A stretch of 64,000 nt of DNA, taken from NCBI GenBank assembly GCA_963514005.1, contig OY740788.1:31744001-31808000 (forward strand). Reading direction: 5' to 3'. Below, one piece after another: positions 51,219-64,000 of this stretch. Both the position numbers and the translations under genes were made by a program. This DNA comes from Raja brachyura (taxonomy: Eukaryota). Position 1 is the stretch's first letter, and every line of letters begins with the position of its first letter. A model generated the notes under the pieces. That model made no database searches and was not told the DNA's origin. It saw only the letters and a program-made list of their open reading frames with translations.

Positions 51219-52985
51219 ACGAGCTGGGATGGACTGGTCACTACTCTCTCTGAGTTCAAGCAGTCAAGAACGGAAAAGTTGCCGTGCCAGGCTGACATGA
51301 ATATGTCAGAGTACTCCCTATAGCTCATCTATCAGTCCGAGACAATCCCTGTGGATATGCTGTATCTTTTCAGGCACCAAGTAAATATGCTGATGAGTTT
51401 TCTTGATCACTGCAGCAGTGTGAAGAGATCAGGTTAGGCTGGTGGTGGTATGGATAACAAGAAATTTGAAGCTGTCGACCATCTCTACAGCAGCATCTTT
51501 GATATGGACAAGGTTGCAATAAAATTCCAGATCATCCAAAAAAAAGCTAATTATTTTGTTCACAGCATCTTTCTTTAAAGGTGCATAGCAGTGGCAGATC
51601 ACCTGTGCAGTTTCACATGCAGAATGATGAAGCTCAATAAGTTGGGGTGATTGTGCAAGCTCAGAAGTGAAAAGATTAGGATATGGCAATCAGGAATCTG
51701 AGAAGTCAAATATTTTTATGCATGGCACATATAAATCTATTGGTGAAGGATCCATAGTGATTGTAGGAAGTCTAACCAGTTAACTGGTATCAGTCGACAC
51801 ATGGATACATTGTGTTTTGTCTTGATTGATACTAGAGATTGATGTAGGAACAAGGAAGTTCCACACAATTCATTTCTTTATCAAGAATTGGAAAATATTA
51901 AATCAATGAGGGGAACAGCTGTCTAAAGATTAATAGATAAAATCATTGAGAGAAAAAGTAAATTGACAAATTTGCAGGATCTCAATGACTAAGTTTTAAT
52001 ATTGATGCAAATCTCTCGCGTGGAATCGAATAAAGAGGCAAATACAAAACCAGCTCATTATAACTGAACTTCAGATTAATGGCAGCCTTAAATAAAAGGT
52101 TTCATTAGTAAAAGTTAGTGGAAGACTACCAGAATTGGTTTGAAACATCTTACAATGTGCAAAAATAGGTTTGGAAGCCTCTATCCAATTCCCATTAACT
52201 GTTCAATTCATGAAACTCCCTCAAAATACTCTTTTATCAACAGCTAACTAGACATCCATTTCAAGAATTCAATGGACTGGAAAAGGAGATGCTACAATAA
52301 TGTAATCTGGGTGTTGAAACAGATAATGGAATTTGTTATAAATGTTTCTTTTATCTATTAGCAGCAAGCAAATTTGCTTTATGTTATCGATTGCATTTAA
52401 TTCTTCTTCACTCGGCAGAATTTATAAACACTGACATTCAAAGGGGAATTTTGATTAAATTTGGAACTCAATCAATAATCGACGAGAAGGGAAATATATT
52501 AATTTTCTTGCAGTATAATCACACTGCAACAAGCTATGTAGATTTTAAATCACTATGTAATATATGGTAATGTATTGTAACCTGACAAAAGTTTAAATGA
52601 TATCACCAGACTTGATTCTAGTTTCTTCAGTTTATCCTGGTCAGATCAAGCTTAATATTTGGGTCCTTGAAATACATTTTATTTTTCAGCGTATGTTCTT
52701 AATGGGGAAAGGCACATGGGCCAATGTGTGGCAAATTGTGCACACTGGAAATGCTTCAGCTGTTAAACAAATATGCTTTGCAAAATATGAAAGTTTATCC
52801 AAACTCCTCCTTCTTTGAAAATTCTACTTTAAACATGACTCAACACTGACCATTGTTAACACACTCAATCTACGCCACCTTTTAATAAATTGCTGCGGAT
52901 CCTTCAACTTAAGTCTACTATCATGTCAGATCCCATATCCAATTATTCTTAGATGACAATACTAGTCATCATGCCTTTGATAAAC

Positions 52986-53288
52986 ATACGGTGGTGCAGC
53001 GGTAGGGCTACTGTCTTACAGTGCCAGAAACCCGGGTTTGATCCTGACTATGGGTGCTTGTCTGTACGGAATTTGTACGTTCTCCCCGTGACCTGCGTGG
53101 GTTTTTTCATTTATCTTGGGTTTCCTCCCACACCCCAAAGACATACAGGTTTGTAGGTTAATTGGCTTGGCATATTGAATAAATGTAAAATTGTCCCTAG
53201 TGTGTGTAGGGTGGTGTTAATGTGTGGGGATTGCTGGTCGGCGAGAACTCGATGGGCCTGTTTCTGCACTGTATCTCTAAACTGAAAT
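52986..53288 (+). mobile_element. V-SINE (HE1-like)
   Basis: A box tggtgcagcgg, B box ggtttgatcc, V-domain, tail tgtatctctaaactgaa. Confidence 0.88.
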
Positions 53289-53729
53289 AACAATGAGGCC
53301 TATACAGCTCTTAAGGATAAATAATTCATAAGGTGCACAACTCTCTTGCCATTATTCTAAATGGCTGAACACTTATCTTGAGACCGTCTCCCCACGTTTA
53401 GATATCATCGTCTGTATGAGCTACTTTGCAACTACTTTGATAAATCAATGTGGGCATTTTCTCAATCTTGATAAGGTTACTGTTGTCCCTACGTTTACCC
53501 TTTATTGGTTCTTGAGGGTTTCGTGATCAATATTGTTTCTCTTGATGATATCAAGATGATGGGCACCAGTTCCAGGACTGGTCAGAAGCGTATCTTAATT
53601 AACAATAAGCCTTTTGAACCTACATCAACTTCTGTTGTTGTGCCAAAAAACTGAGGTCAGCAATAAGCCTTTGGACTGGATAGTCAATATCCATCACAAC
53701 GCACCTCACAGTTGTGCATTGTGTCTCAC

Positions 53730-54192
53730 ACGCAGGAGCTACAGAACTGCAAATGCTGGTTTAAATCGAAGATGGACACAAACAGCTGGAGTGACTCAGC
53801 AGGTCATACAGCATCTCTGGAGAAAAGGAATAGGTGAAATTTTGGGTCGAGACCCTTACGGCAGGCACAAGTTACTGATTGTGGATGATCAGCCATGATC
53901 ACAATGAATGGTGATGCAGGCTCGAAGGGCCAAATGGCCTCCTACTGCACCTATTTTCCAGGTTTTTATCCTACACAACTCTGTTCATGAACCAACCTAC
54001 TCAACTCCAATTCTACCTCAACAACGGAATACTACAGAGCACTTCTTGCACCCCTTAGATAGGCTTGTTTTCTAATTGTGTTTGCACAAGATTGTATTTA
54101 ATGTGTTGGCTGCGTCTATGTGTCGGTGATGCTGCTGCATCCAAGATCTACTATATTTGTGTGTATGACAATAAAAATGGCCTGATTTGATT
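53730..54192. mobile_element. Cluster of retroelement ends: Penelope pLTR (-), CR1 tail (+), Rex1 tail (+)
   Basis: gaactgcaaatgctgg...ttttgggtcgagaccctt; gatgatcagccatgatcac...ctgcacctatt; atgacaataaaaatggcctgatttgatttga. Confidence 0.65.
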
Positions 54193-54589
54193 TGATGATG
54201 AAAAGAACTGCACCGACATATGATCTGTAAAATCACTAGATCAATACAAGGAAGAGTGGGTAGGTACTGAAGGTCAGGTCAGAATTTTAACTATAAACGG
54301 GTTTGCGGTGCAAATGGCACATTTAGTAGTAGGTTAGTTTATTCCTGGGTAGAGCAAACTAATAGTATCTGAACGCAGTCTGGGACGTCACAGGTAATTC
54401 CATTAGAACTAACATTACATGTTGATATGCATTTTAGGAAAATATCATGGGGATGGTCACCGCTGAGGATAGTGCATATGATGCAGGATAACATTCAAGG
54501 CAAACGCTGCATTTCCAGCTACAATATTCCTTCCAGGAGTGCGGAGAGCGGTAGAAATATTGTCATTGAACTTGACGTTGTTTTATTTA

Positions 54590-57000
54590 ATGAGTCATGC
54601 GACTGAAACGACTAATGCGTGGGGCCACCGAGGAATCGTTTTGAAATGGTTCATGCTGCAGTTTTCCCTCATCATACATCGAATATCTTAGTAATGGAAA
54701 CTAATAATAATAACATCATCAATGCGATCATCACACTAGAGCACTGCAATTCAGGTGGAAAAATAACTCTTCGATTCCCTCCGCCCGATGTCTAATCCGT
54801 GATAAATTGCGGATTTCTGGATCCGGCATGATCATTATCCGCCGTTGTCAGAGGGCCCCCAAATCCTCCGGTGCGTTTACAAGATCAATATCCAGCTCGA
54901 AAGTTGTTTTTATCCCTGTCGGTGTTTGATTAGCTGGGCCGCACGGCTTCTCTCGTTCACCGGGGGGAAAGGGTTGTGATGCGAAAAAGCAGGATGTCTT
55001 TACCGCCCCTGTGTGTACGCCATTGGAAATGGAGGACAGGGCACACTTCACGATCAACGGGATAATCATTTCGCATTGTGCAAACGCGCATCCCAACGCA
55101 TTCTCTACCCATTAAATATCCAAGCATTTGAGCTGTCCGCGCTGTGTCTAGCCCCACCCCGGCCCATTAGCTTGCGCGGCGAGGACTGATAACAGAATGC
55201 AGACACAGGTTGGACACGACCAACACCGCATTCGCTGCAGCAATGCGATCCATAATAAAGCATCGCGTTAGCCACCACTCCCCACCTCCTCATTACCAAT
55301 TCACTATGACAAAATGCGCAAGCATCTGCGTTTTTTCTTTAAAAAACACAAACACTTACCTTTAATATAACAGTTAAACGACTGGAACATAGAATTAATT
55401 AAGAGTCAGGGCCAACTTATTTTTTTTTCTCCAAAATCTTCAACAGATATGAAATTGTATCCCCCCCCCCCCTTCTCTTCCTCCCCCTCCTCCTTCGAGG
55501 GGTTTCAGGCGTTAAAACCGGGCAAGATTACGGCAAGAGAAATGCAAAACTATTCAGATTCTCGATGGAAATGACATTTGTTGACAGCTGCAGTGTGGGA
55601 ATAAGAACCAGAGTACTCAAAGTGTTTTTTTTCCGCGCATTCAACATCTCATTCCGCTTGCAGCCCGGGAGCGGCGCGGCCACGCCTATTTGCATCTGTA
55701 CCGTTAGACTGATAATTCAATGTAGGGGGAAGAAAAATAAACCATTGTTTTCATACAAGTCTGAGCTCTGCATCACGGATTGATACAAATCCTAGTTCAT
55801 TCATCCCTCAGGGACTCCTTCTAAAAGAAACACCCAGCAAAACACACCCGCAACCCAAAACTGAGGTCCGCTGCATGTTCAACCATCCCATCGACTCCGA
55901 CAAAGGTGTCAGAGACCGAGGGCATTCCCAACATCGGGCTTCTCTCCGTTTCACCTTCAAAATCACATCGTGATATATTTAAATCTCAATTTAAATCAGG
56001 AATAATGTTATGATTTCGAAATGTACCCAAGATTATTTACACAAGGACTCAGAACACAACTTGCCCTCCGCTCTGCCAAACAAAGATACCTACCTACCTT
56101 TGCCCAAAGGAGAAGCGAGAAATGTGAAGCAGTGGGAGCCAGAGCCAGGGGTGGAAGAATCCGCACCGTGGAGCAAAAGCTGAGGCACTGATTGACTAGG
56201 CGCTGACACTGGCTTGAGGGGAGGGGAGGGCTGGGCTGGGCTGCGAGAGGCGGGGACAACGCAAACGTCACTTCACTCCATCCAACAAAATAATCCGCTG
56301 CACCAACCCGCACTTGGTCAGACAGAGCCCGGGCATGGAGAACTAGTCCCCGTTGTAATCCAGGAACCGGCCGCCCTGCTGCACCACCGCGGAAAGGATC
56401 GCGGGGACTTGGCCGCCAAGGAAGGCAGCTGGGAGTAGCGGCGGCGGAGGGATAAGCCGCGCGTGTGGCGGAGGTGTAGCGTGAGGGTTTGCGGCTTTGA
56501 GCTGGAGGCCCCGGGGGGGCGATCGACCTGTTATCCGCACTGAGAGATTGGCGGGGCGGGGGGACAGGGGACAGCCACCAAACAGAACAAAAAGACAAAT
56601 CCTCAAGAGACAAAAAGAACCTCTCCTAAATCTCCCCTGTGTTTCACTGTGCAGAAATCAAGGATGTCCCTTGGGGGCTTGAGCCAGGGATTTGTGAAAC
56701 TTTGTAGAACAACGTGAAAAATCACAGAAATGGTCATCGCTCACGCAAGCTTCTGAGGTGTTTATCGTTAAATGAATTGATTCGTTCTGAAACTAAGCAT
56801 CGAGCATGATACCTATATCCGTGGTATTTTTTTCGACGTTTTCCTTCGTGCTAAAATTAGAGGTTTCCGCGACGTCCTATCTCTCTGCTGCTGATAACAA
56901 AACAACAGCAACGATGCGTGATTCGGGATGTTGGGGATTGGATGGTGCAGAAATAATAACAGACTTTATCTTATCAAGAGTTTTACGTGGCGTTGGAGAC
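54590..57000. promoter_or_regulatory. CpG-island-like promoter region, possibly bidirectional
   Basis: Repeat-free and CpG-rich (strongest at 56150-56570) against a CpG-poor background. GC boxes (56248-56255, ~56550), CRE half site ACGTCA 56265-56270, octamer ATTTGCAT 55688-55695, outward-facing splice donors on both sides. Confidence 0.7.
55360..55660 (-). other. Candidate non-coding first exon, minus strand (5' boundary approximate)
   Basis: Perfect donor AAG|gtaagt at 55360 inside the CpG-rich region. Confidence 0.5.
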
Positions 57001-57166
57001 TGTCCACCCAGTCTATTTCGGGTTTATTGAGATAATTGCAAATGTAGACAGTTTCCATAGAGAACAACACATTAGATTTGAAAGCATCTAAGACTATGAA
57101 AATGATAACTGGTGATATCCGGAGACAATGTGAGCGAGTCTCTAAATTGTTCAGTTGTATTTGTAG

Positions 57167-57254
57167 GTACTATTATGCCAGCTTTCAGCCAATCTAGTGG
57201 AATTGTTCATTTGGTCAGGGTTTTGCTGAATTGGCACCTGAACGACAAAAACGG
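57167..57254 (+). other. Candidate 88-nt exon, plus strand
   Basis: ttgtatttgtag|GTAC...AACGG|gtaaga. Confidence 0.35.
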
Positions 57255-57455
57255 GTAAGAAGTACAGTACTCCACCCAATGCCGAAAAATAGTCGTACAA
57301 ATTACATTGGGCTGAATAGCAAATGTCTCAGAAATTAATACTAGCAGTATTAGTTAATACTCCAAGAATTGTACTTCGGTAGTAATTAAATATCACAAAC
57401 TTAAATCACTAAACATTATACAGAGCAGAACCTAAATTACTGTGTTCTCATTCAG

Positions 57456-57555
57456 AGTACAACGGGACTTGTATCTGCTATTAAGGAAGATTTTCCTTGT
57501 ATACCTCTTTTGATTCAATGTAATTGCCACCTTTATTTGTAGGATACATTGGAAG
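57456..57555 (+). other. Candidate exon, plus strand (alternative acceptor at 57543 gives 13 nt)
   Basis: tgttctcattcag| or ctttatttgtag| ... GAAG|gtgagt (perfect donor). Confidence 0.4.
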
Positions 57556-57921
57556 GTGAGTGCTATGCTCTGTACTTTCTATCCCAGAGCAAGCTGAGAT
57601 AATTGTTGTGCCATTAAATCAGAGGAAAAAAGTGTCATTTTGGAGGATGAAGTGATTTCTTTGTGTTCACGAGTTCAACTGTGGTTGAATTTCTAAATTG
57701 AGACATTTTCTTATCAATGCAAGTATAAACCAAGCACCCAACTATTTCCAAGGTGCATATAACAATATTAAAAGGAAATAATGTGAAGCATGATCAGCAT
57801 GAAGCTAGTAACACAATCAGAGTTTGTAAAATATGTGATTTTTCGGTGCAGGAAAAGGACACTTTGGGAATAACTTACTAAATTGCCATTCACTAACTTG
57901 TCTCAGATTGACTATTTTAAT

Positions 57922-58042
57922 ATGTAGGAAGGAACTGCAGTAACTCAGCAAGACGGGCAGCATCTCTGGATAGAAGGAATGGGTAATTCTATCCAGGGAT
58001 GCTTCCTATCCTGCTGAATTACTCCAGCATTTTGTGTCTATC
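57922..58042 (-). mobile_element. Fold-back Penelope pLTR insertion
   Basis: gcagcatctctggatagaa / ttctatccagggatgc inverted arms; flanks ttgactattttaat / ttgacttttaat. Confidence 0.72.
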
Positions 58043-58074
58043 TTGACTTTTAATGTTCCCATCTTGATATTGAC

Positions 58075-58494
58075 ATTGGTTTATTATTGTTACATACTGT
58101 ATACCAAGATACCACAAAAATATTTGTTTGTTGCTATACAGTCAATCCGTACTATACAAGAGTACAATCAATCCTCAGAATAGGTACAACAGGTTGTGTA
58201 AAGAGAAAAATATATAGTCCAGTATATAGTGTTACAACATTATACCATTCCAGTTACAGAGAAATTGCAGATTTAAAAAAAAGGTCTGCAATGATGTAAG
58301 TTGGAAGATCATGATATATATCCCAGCTTATGGGAGAACCATCCAGTAGACTAATAAAAGTGGGGAGGTGTTATCTAGTGATAGGTGGTTTCCAGATTTT
58401 ACATCTTCTGCCTGACAGGAGATGGGAGAAAACCAAATTATCAGGTGAAAATGGTTCTTGATTATGTTGGCTACTTTTCAAGGCTGATAGTGAA

Positions 58495-58526
<32 letters not shown>

Positions 58527-60210
58527 GGCTGCATCGGGTTGTGACGGGTTGGGCTACATCCACAATTCTGCAATTTCTTGTGGTCCTGGGCAGAGCTATT
58601 GCCAAACCAAGCTGTGATGTAACCCATGAGATGCTTTCAACAGCGCATTTGTAGAAGTTGGTAAGAGTCATACTAAACTTCCTGAGTCTTCTGTGCAAGT
58701 AGATACCTTTGTGTGCTTTATTGGCTGTTATTTCAATGTGGTTGGTCCAGGACATATTTACGCCCAAGAACTTGAAATTCTCAACCATCTCCATTTTGGC
58801 GCTATTGATATAGATTGAGGCATTTCCATTATCTTGCTTCCTGAAGTCATTCGCTAGCTCCTTCATCTTGCTGACATTGAAGAAGAAGTTGGTGTTTTGA
58901 CACCATTTTATTAAACCCTCCATCTCCTTCCTGTACTGTCTCATCATTGTTAAAGTTCCTGCCCACAATAGTGGCAAACATGTAAATGGAGTTGGAGCAG
59001 AATTTGGCCGCGCAGTTGTGAATGGATTGGTAGTATAGTAAAGGGCCTGTCCCACTTGGCGATTTTTTTTGGCGATTACCGATATCATTGAGTGATGTAT
59101 CAGGTCACCGAAAAATTTGTGGCGTGCTGACGTATGACGCGCAGTGTTTTTTCAAGTGTCACAACATTTTTTTTGTCGGTGCTGGATTTTGAAATGTTCA
59201 AAATCGTTTGGCGACACTGATATGACGTTGGCAGTCGCCATAAAAATCGCCAAGTGGGACAGGCCCTTAAGGGATTGAGAATGTATCCTTGCAAAGGACG
59301 GGTGTTGAGAAATATTGTGGAGGATACTTTGTTACTTATCCTCACTGATCGTGGGCAATGGCTCAGGAAGTTGAGGATCCAAATGCAGTACCAGGTGCTG
59401 ATTCCTAGGTCCAGGAGTTTGGAAATGTTTGGTTGGCATTCAGGTGTTGACAGCAGAGTTATAGTCAATAAATAGGAGTTTGACATTGGTGTCCTTGTTA
59501 TGCTGATGAATGTAGGGCCAGGGATTTGGCATCTGCCATGCACTTGTTGTGACAGTAGGCAAACTGCAGTCAATCAAGGGTTTCTGGGAGGCTGGAGTTA
59601 ATCTGTGACCAGCCCCTCAAAGCATTTCATGAGAGTGGATGGCAGAGATGCTGGTTAATAGTCATTAAGATGTGTTTTACTTTTGTTTGGCACTGGGGTC
59701 ACAGTAGTCTTCTTAATGCAGGAGGTAACCAGAATGGAGTAGAGTCAGGTTAAAGATATATGTGAATATTCCTGCCAGCTGGTCCATGCACGTCCTGAGA
59801 AACAACTGGGGGCTCCACCCGGTCCATCTTCCATGGATTCACTCTCGGGAAAGCCAATCTGATATTTGCTGCCATGACCCACGGGTGCAGGCGCACCCAA
59901 GGCCTTTGGATTAGATGGATGGCTTTCTGTTCAAAGCGGCCAAAGAAGTTGTTGGGGAGGAATGCTTTGTTGCCAGTAATACGGGCCACTTTATAGCCTG
60001 TTATGGCATGCAATCCTTACTACGATTGAGGGGTATCCGAGTGATTATCACGTGACTCGAGCTTGGTCTGGAATTCTCCCTTGGCATCCTTGATGGCTTT
60101 TCAAAGGTTGTAAATAGATTTCTTGTACTGTTCAGGATCGTTTGATCTGGACACTGTAAACTTGGTCTTCTCCTGGGAATGAGCCTGATCTTTCATCCAT
60201 GGTTTCCTTT
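58075..60210 (-). mobile_element. Old Rex1/Babar LINE remnant
   Basis: ORF 58471-59088 (NVSKMKEL..DFRK, VENFKFLGV, KAHK.IY..RRLRKF) and upstream degenerate RT pieces. Confidence 0.8.
59042..59267. mobile_element. PIF/Harbinger-type MITE
   Basis: TIR AGGGCCTGTCCCACTTGGCGATTTTT / AAAAATCGCCAAGTGGGACAGGCCCT with TAA TSD (59039-41, 59268-70), inside the Rex1 remnant. Confidence 0.9.
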
Positions 60211-60544
60211 TTACCAAAGACAACTTTTTGTAGTATAACAGTGCACAATTACTAGCTTGGAGAAATTTTCACGAGGATAATTGTTATTTTTATTCTGCTT
60301 CTGGTGAAAAACCAGTGAAACTATATTATTGTCATCCTCCCATTGTTAGTATGATTAGCTAACTCTTATTTTGCTGAGTGTGAAGAGCCATCCAAGGATC
60401 CTGGACAAGAGCCACGTACAGATAAGATTAGGCTGAGAAGGCAATTTCCATTATTACAATTCTGCGATTTATTTTGTTTTTCAATTTCACTTTGTAAATT
60501 CTCATGGCAGGTTTTGCACTGACAAAGATGTTGAACTGAGTGCA

Positions 60545-60830
60545 CAGCTTTAAGGTGAGAGAGGGGAAAGTTTAAAGGAGATTTGCAAAGCAAATGTTTT
60601 TATTTTTTTTACAAAAGTGATAAACGACTGATATGCGCTGTCATAGAAAATGATGGAAGCAGATATGATGGCAACATTCAAGAGGTATTTAGAGCGGCAC
60701 ATGAACAGAGAGGGGATGGAATGATATAGACCCACATGCAGGCAGTTGGGATTAGATTAAATTGGCTTTATGGTCGACACAGACATCGTAGGCCAAGTGG
60801 GCTGTTCCCGTGTTGTACTGTTCTGTGTTT
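60545..60830 (+). mobile_element. CR1 3' end remnant
   Basis: cacagctttaaggtgagagaggggaaagtttaaaggagat...gggctgttcccgtgttgtactgttctgtgtt. Confidence 0.7.
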
Positions 60831-61656
60831 CAGTAACTGTGTGTCACCAGCAAGATATCATCTATTGCCCATTTCATGTTGTCCTTGAGAAGGCGGTGAT
60901 GAGCTGCCACCTTCAATAACTCCGATACATTTAGTGAAGGTATTCCTACAGACAGGCATGTTATTTCCAGACGGGATGTGGTGTGACTTTGCGGGTCTCG
61001 TGCAGATGATGATTATTTCAGGTTCTTGCCGCCCATATACTCTGGTAGAGGTGCCATTGGAGTAGCTAGTGGAGAAGGAAATTAATGATTAAGCTAAGGG
61101 TGTAAACAAGTGGGCCATTTTGTTCTGGATGGTGTCAAGTCTGCATGATTATCTTTTGAGCTTGCAAGCAGCAAATCTCCCACTGTGCTCCTGACTTCAG
61201 CCTTGTAGATGGTAAAAAGCCTTTGCAGTGCTAATGTTGACATCCAGAATGTGAATTTTGGTGCATGCAGGCATGGCTTTCATTTATTGAGGAATTACAA
61301 ATGGAATAGAATTGGACATTAAGCAATCACCAGCAAACACGTCGACTTTGAGGAAGGGTGAAAATGTTTAGACCTGGAATACTGTCCTGAAGAGCTGTTG
61401 CCTGGGCTGGAATGAAAGAACAAGAACAATCATTTTCCTTGTGTACATGATTAAAACCACGGGATAATTTCCCCCTTGATACCCAATGAAAGTGCAATCA
61501 CTTTTGCTTCCTCTGGAATTCTGTTCTTTCATCCATTTTTGGACCAAAGTTGTAGTAAAGTCTGGAGTTGATTTGTTCTAGAATCTTAAATTGGACATCA
61601 GTGACTTATTAGGGGAAAAAAGGGGCCGCTCATTAATAGTATCATGTGACAACATG

Positions 61657-61928
61657 GGCAACACGGTGGCGCAGCGGTAGAGACTCCGGTTCGATCCCGA
61701 CTATGGGTGCAGTCTGTACAGAGTTTGTACGTTCTCCCCATGACCTGCGTGGGGTTTTCTCAGAGATCTTCGGTTTCCCTCCACACTCCAAAGACGTACA
61801 GATTTGTAGGTTAGTTGGCTTGGTGTAAATCTAAAAATTTTCCTAGTGTGTGTAGGATAGTGTTAATGTGAGGGGATCGCTGGTCGGTGCTGACTTGGTC
61901 GGCGCGCTGTATCTCTAAACTGAACTAA
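61657..61928 (+). mobile_element. V-SINE (HE1-like)
   Basis: A box TGGCGCAGCGG, B box GGTTCGATCC, V-domain, tail ctctaaactgaact. Confidence 0.88.
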
Positions 61929-62409
61929 TCACTTGGATGATAATTGAGAGTGAACCCCACAGTAATAAGTCTGATTGGATTTGCCAGGCTTTTTGAAGGT
62001 TGAATGTAATAGCAGGATATTTCACATTATTGGATGGATGCCAGTGTAGAAACCACTTGAATATTTTGGCTGGAGGCGGGGCTAGTTCTGTAATACCAAA
62101 GCTGGGGAATAACTAAAGCTGAATAGGAGCTAAGGTGAGATGAATATGAAAACCTGTCCTAGAAGAAAGAACTGGATAGAAATGGACAATATCCCATTGT
62201 ATGAAAATGGAAGGTAGAAAAAGTGAAAACATTACTGATTATAGCCCATAAAAATTAAAATGGAAGTCTTTTTAGGGCAGTGGGAAAACATTATTTAGGT
62301 CTAGTCGTTAGAATCCCCATGATTACAAAATAGAATAATTTTCCTCACAAATTTGAGGAAGAGTGTTTTAAATTTGATAATTGGAAACTCAATAAACCTT
62401 TCCTTTTAG

Positions 62410-62613
62410 ACACAAAATGCTGGAGTAACTCAGCGGGACAGGCAGCATCTCTGGAAAGAAGGAATGGATGATGTTTTGGGTCACTGAAGAAGGGTCTCGA
62501 CACAAAACATCACCCATTCCTTCACTCCAGAGATGCTGCCTGTCCCGCTGAGTTACTCCAGCATTTTGTGCCTATCTTCAGTTTAAACCAGCATCTGCAG
62601 TTCTATCCTGCAC
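62410..62613 (+). mobile_element. Fold-back Penelope pLTR insertion with hammerhead-like core in the loop and 16-bp TSD
   Basis: Long inverted arms cacaaaatgctggagtaactcagcgggacaggcagcatctctgga / tccagagatgctgcctgtcccgctgagttactccagcattttgtg; ctgaagaagggtctcgac at 62484; TSD aaacctttccttttag / aaaccttcccttttag. Confidence 0.85.
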
Positions 62614-64000
62614 AAACCTTCCCTTTTAGTTCAATAGTCAAAGGAGACAATAGTCTCCTTTATAATTTATTGGTAAAGTGCATTCATGAGACCTTGTTCT
62701 TCATTTAGGTGGAATCTATAACTGTGCAGAAATTAATATTTTAAGCTCCAGTTCATTTCTAAAATTTAGAGATTTAAATTTGTCTTTTAGCATTTTTATA
62801 CTGGCTAAGGTTAATTGTTTCATGGCCACGCTAAAGATAAGGAAAGAGAAAAGCTTGCCATATATAACATTTTTTCAAAAGGAGTCTCTGAGAAATGTTG
62901 GTGCCTTGTCCTGTGGCAGTACACAGCAGCGTCTGAGAATGTGAGGAGATTTAGTGTTTATACACGTAAACAACCGAGTACAGGCAATGATGTAGAGGAT
63001 GTGATGTCATTGTTTCCAGCCTTGAGCGAGTCCATTCAATGTCTCCTGGGAAATAGATTTATTTAAAGATGTAGCCTAGTTTAGTTTGTAGCTGAACGTC
63101 TGAGCAGAAAAGATCTACTAGCTGAATGTTGATTAAAATCTATGCAAAATCTTTGTTAAATGAAGCAAAGATATGCACCAGCTGTAAAAGTAGAGATTTT
63201 AAGCAACACCATACTTGTGCTGCTAACACAATGAATCTTCACAGACTGTGCTGAAATTATAACGATAGCTCACTGTTTAACACATCAACTGAACACAAGC
63301 ACCAAATGCCATGACTTCCTGAAGCTCATTGCACCCATACAAATCCAAGTTTCTTCACTTGTTTTATCTTTTTCCAATTGAACATAAATTATCTTTAACT
63401 TGAGTATGTGCACAAGTCTGTCTTAATTTGGGCCATTTCATTATTACTACGCACAGTTTTACAGAATCAGATTGCAGCAGAGACTAAGCCAAATTAGCCT
63501 GTTTGTCTACTTTTCGGTGCTTCCCAGAGCAAGTCAAAATGAATCAATTGCCCTGAATTTAACAATTTTTATGGTAACATTTACATGCTAACCTATTGGT
63601 CCTTCAAAATATGTAATGTGCCGTCTGCTCCCAGTGGTACATCAACTTGTGTACTGACATTCCTTCAGAATGAATGTTCCCTTCCTATTCGGCCTCACTG
63701 TGTTATCGATGTGCTCTATTGAAAACATCTTGAGATAAGTTGCCAATTATTCCAAATTAACCCTGTCAAAAGATTTTGTTAAATCTCTTAATTTCTGCAG
63801 CAGAAATAGTTCTGATCAGCTCAGGTATCTCATCACAAAGTTTCTTATTATTGAATCAACAATGTGAATGTGAGGTGCATGTTGCTGTAACTTGAATGTG
63901 CTTTCTGAAGACCTTCACACATATCTAATCAATTCTTAGGACACATTTATTATTTTTGTTCTTATACAGAAAGAAAGAAAATAAAACGGTACTGAGGAGA

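Noticed and set aside
56008-56682. GC-rich ORFs in the CpG island
   Set aside because: No recognisable domain; expected by chance in GC-rich promoter or UTR sequence.
61657-61705. tRNA gene (A and B boxes)
   Set aside because: It is the head of a SINE, followed by V-domain and LINE tail; no cloverleaf. The same applies to the other copies.

Overview
Eukaryotic, repeat-dominated genomic DNA (AT-rich, one 192-N gap). The repeat inventory (HE1/V-SINE-like tRNA SINEs, CR1 and Rex1/Babar LINEs, Penelope with hammerhead motif, Tc1, DIRS) points to a cartilaginous fish, probably a skate or ray; this is inference from family knowledge. No host protein-coding gene could be recognised, and most ORFs in the track are transposon remnants or repeat artefacts. 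The main structure is a ~9 kb nested composite (11697-20743): a DD34E Tc1 transposon that was later split by a full-length DIRS1 tyrosine-recombinase retrotransposon (gag-like, RT, RNase H, methyltransferase, YR, ITRs and ICR all visible), a Rex1/Babar LINE and a CR1 LINE. Also present are many short fold-back Penelope pLTR insertions with 13-16 bp TSDs and hammerhead cores, a near-perfect 87-bp-arm palindrome, a G4-prone 1.75 kb minisatellite, and an unexplained 51-bp conserved doublet. Splice signals suggest a minus-strand transcript (candidate exons at 3.7, 4.7, 5.2 and 55.4 kb) and a CpG-island, possibly bidirectional, promoter at 55-57 kb.
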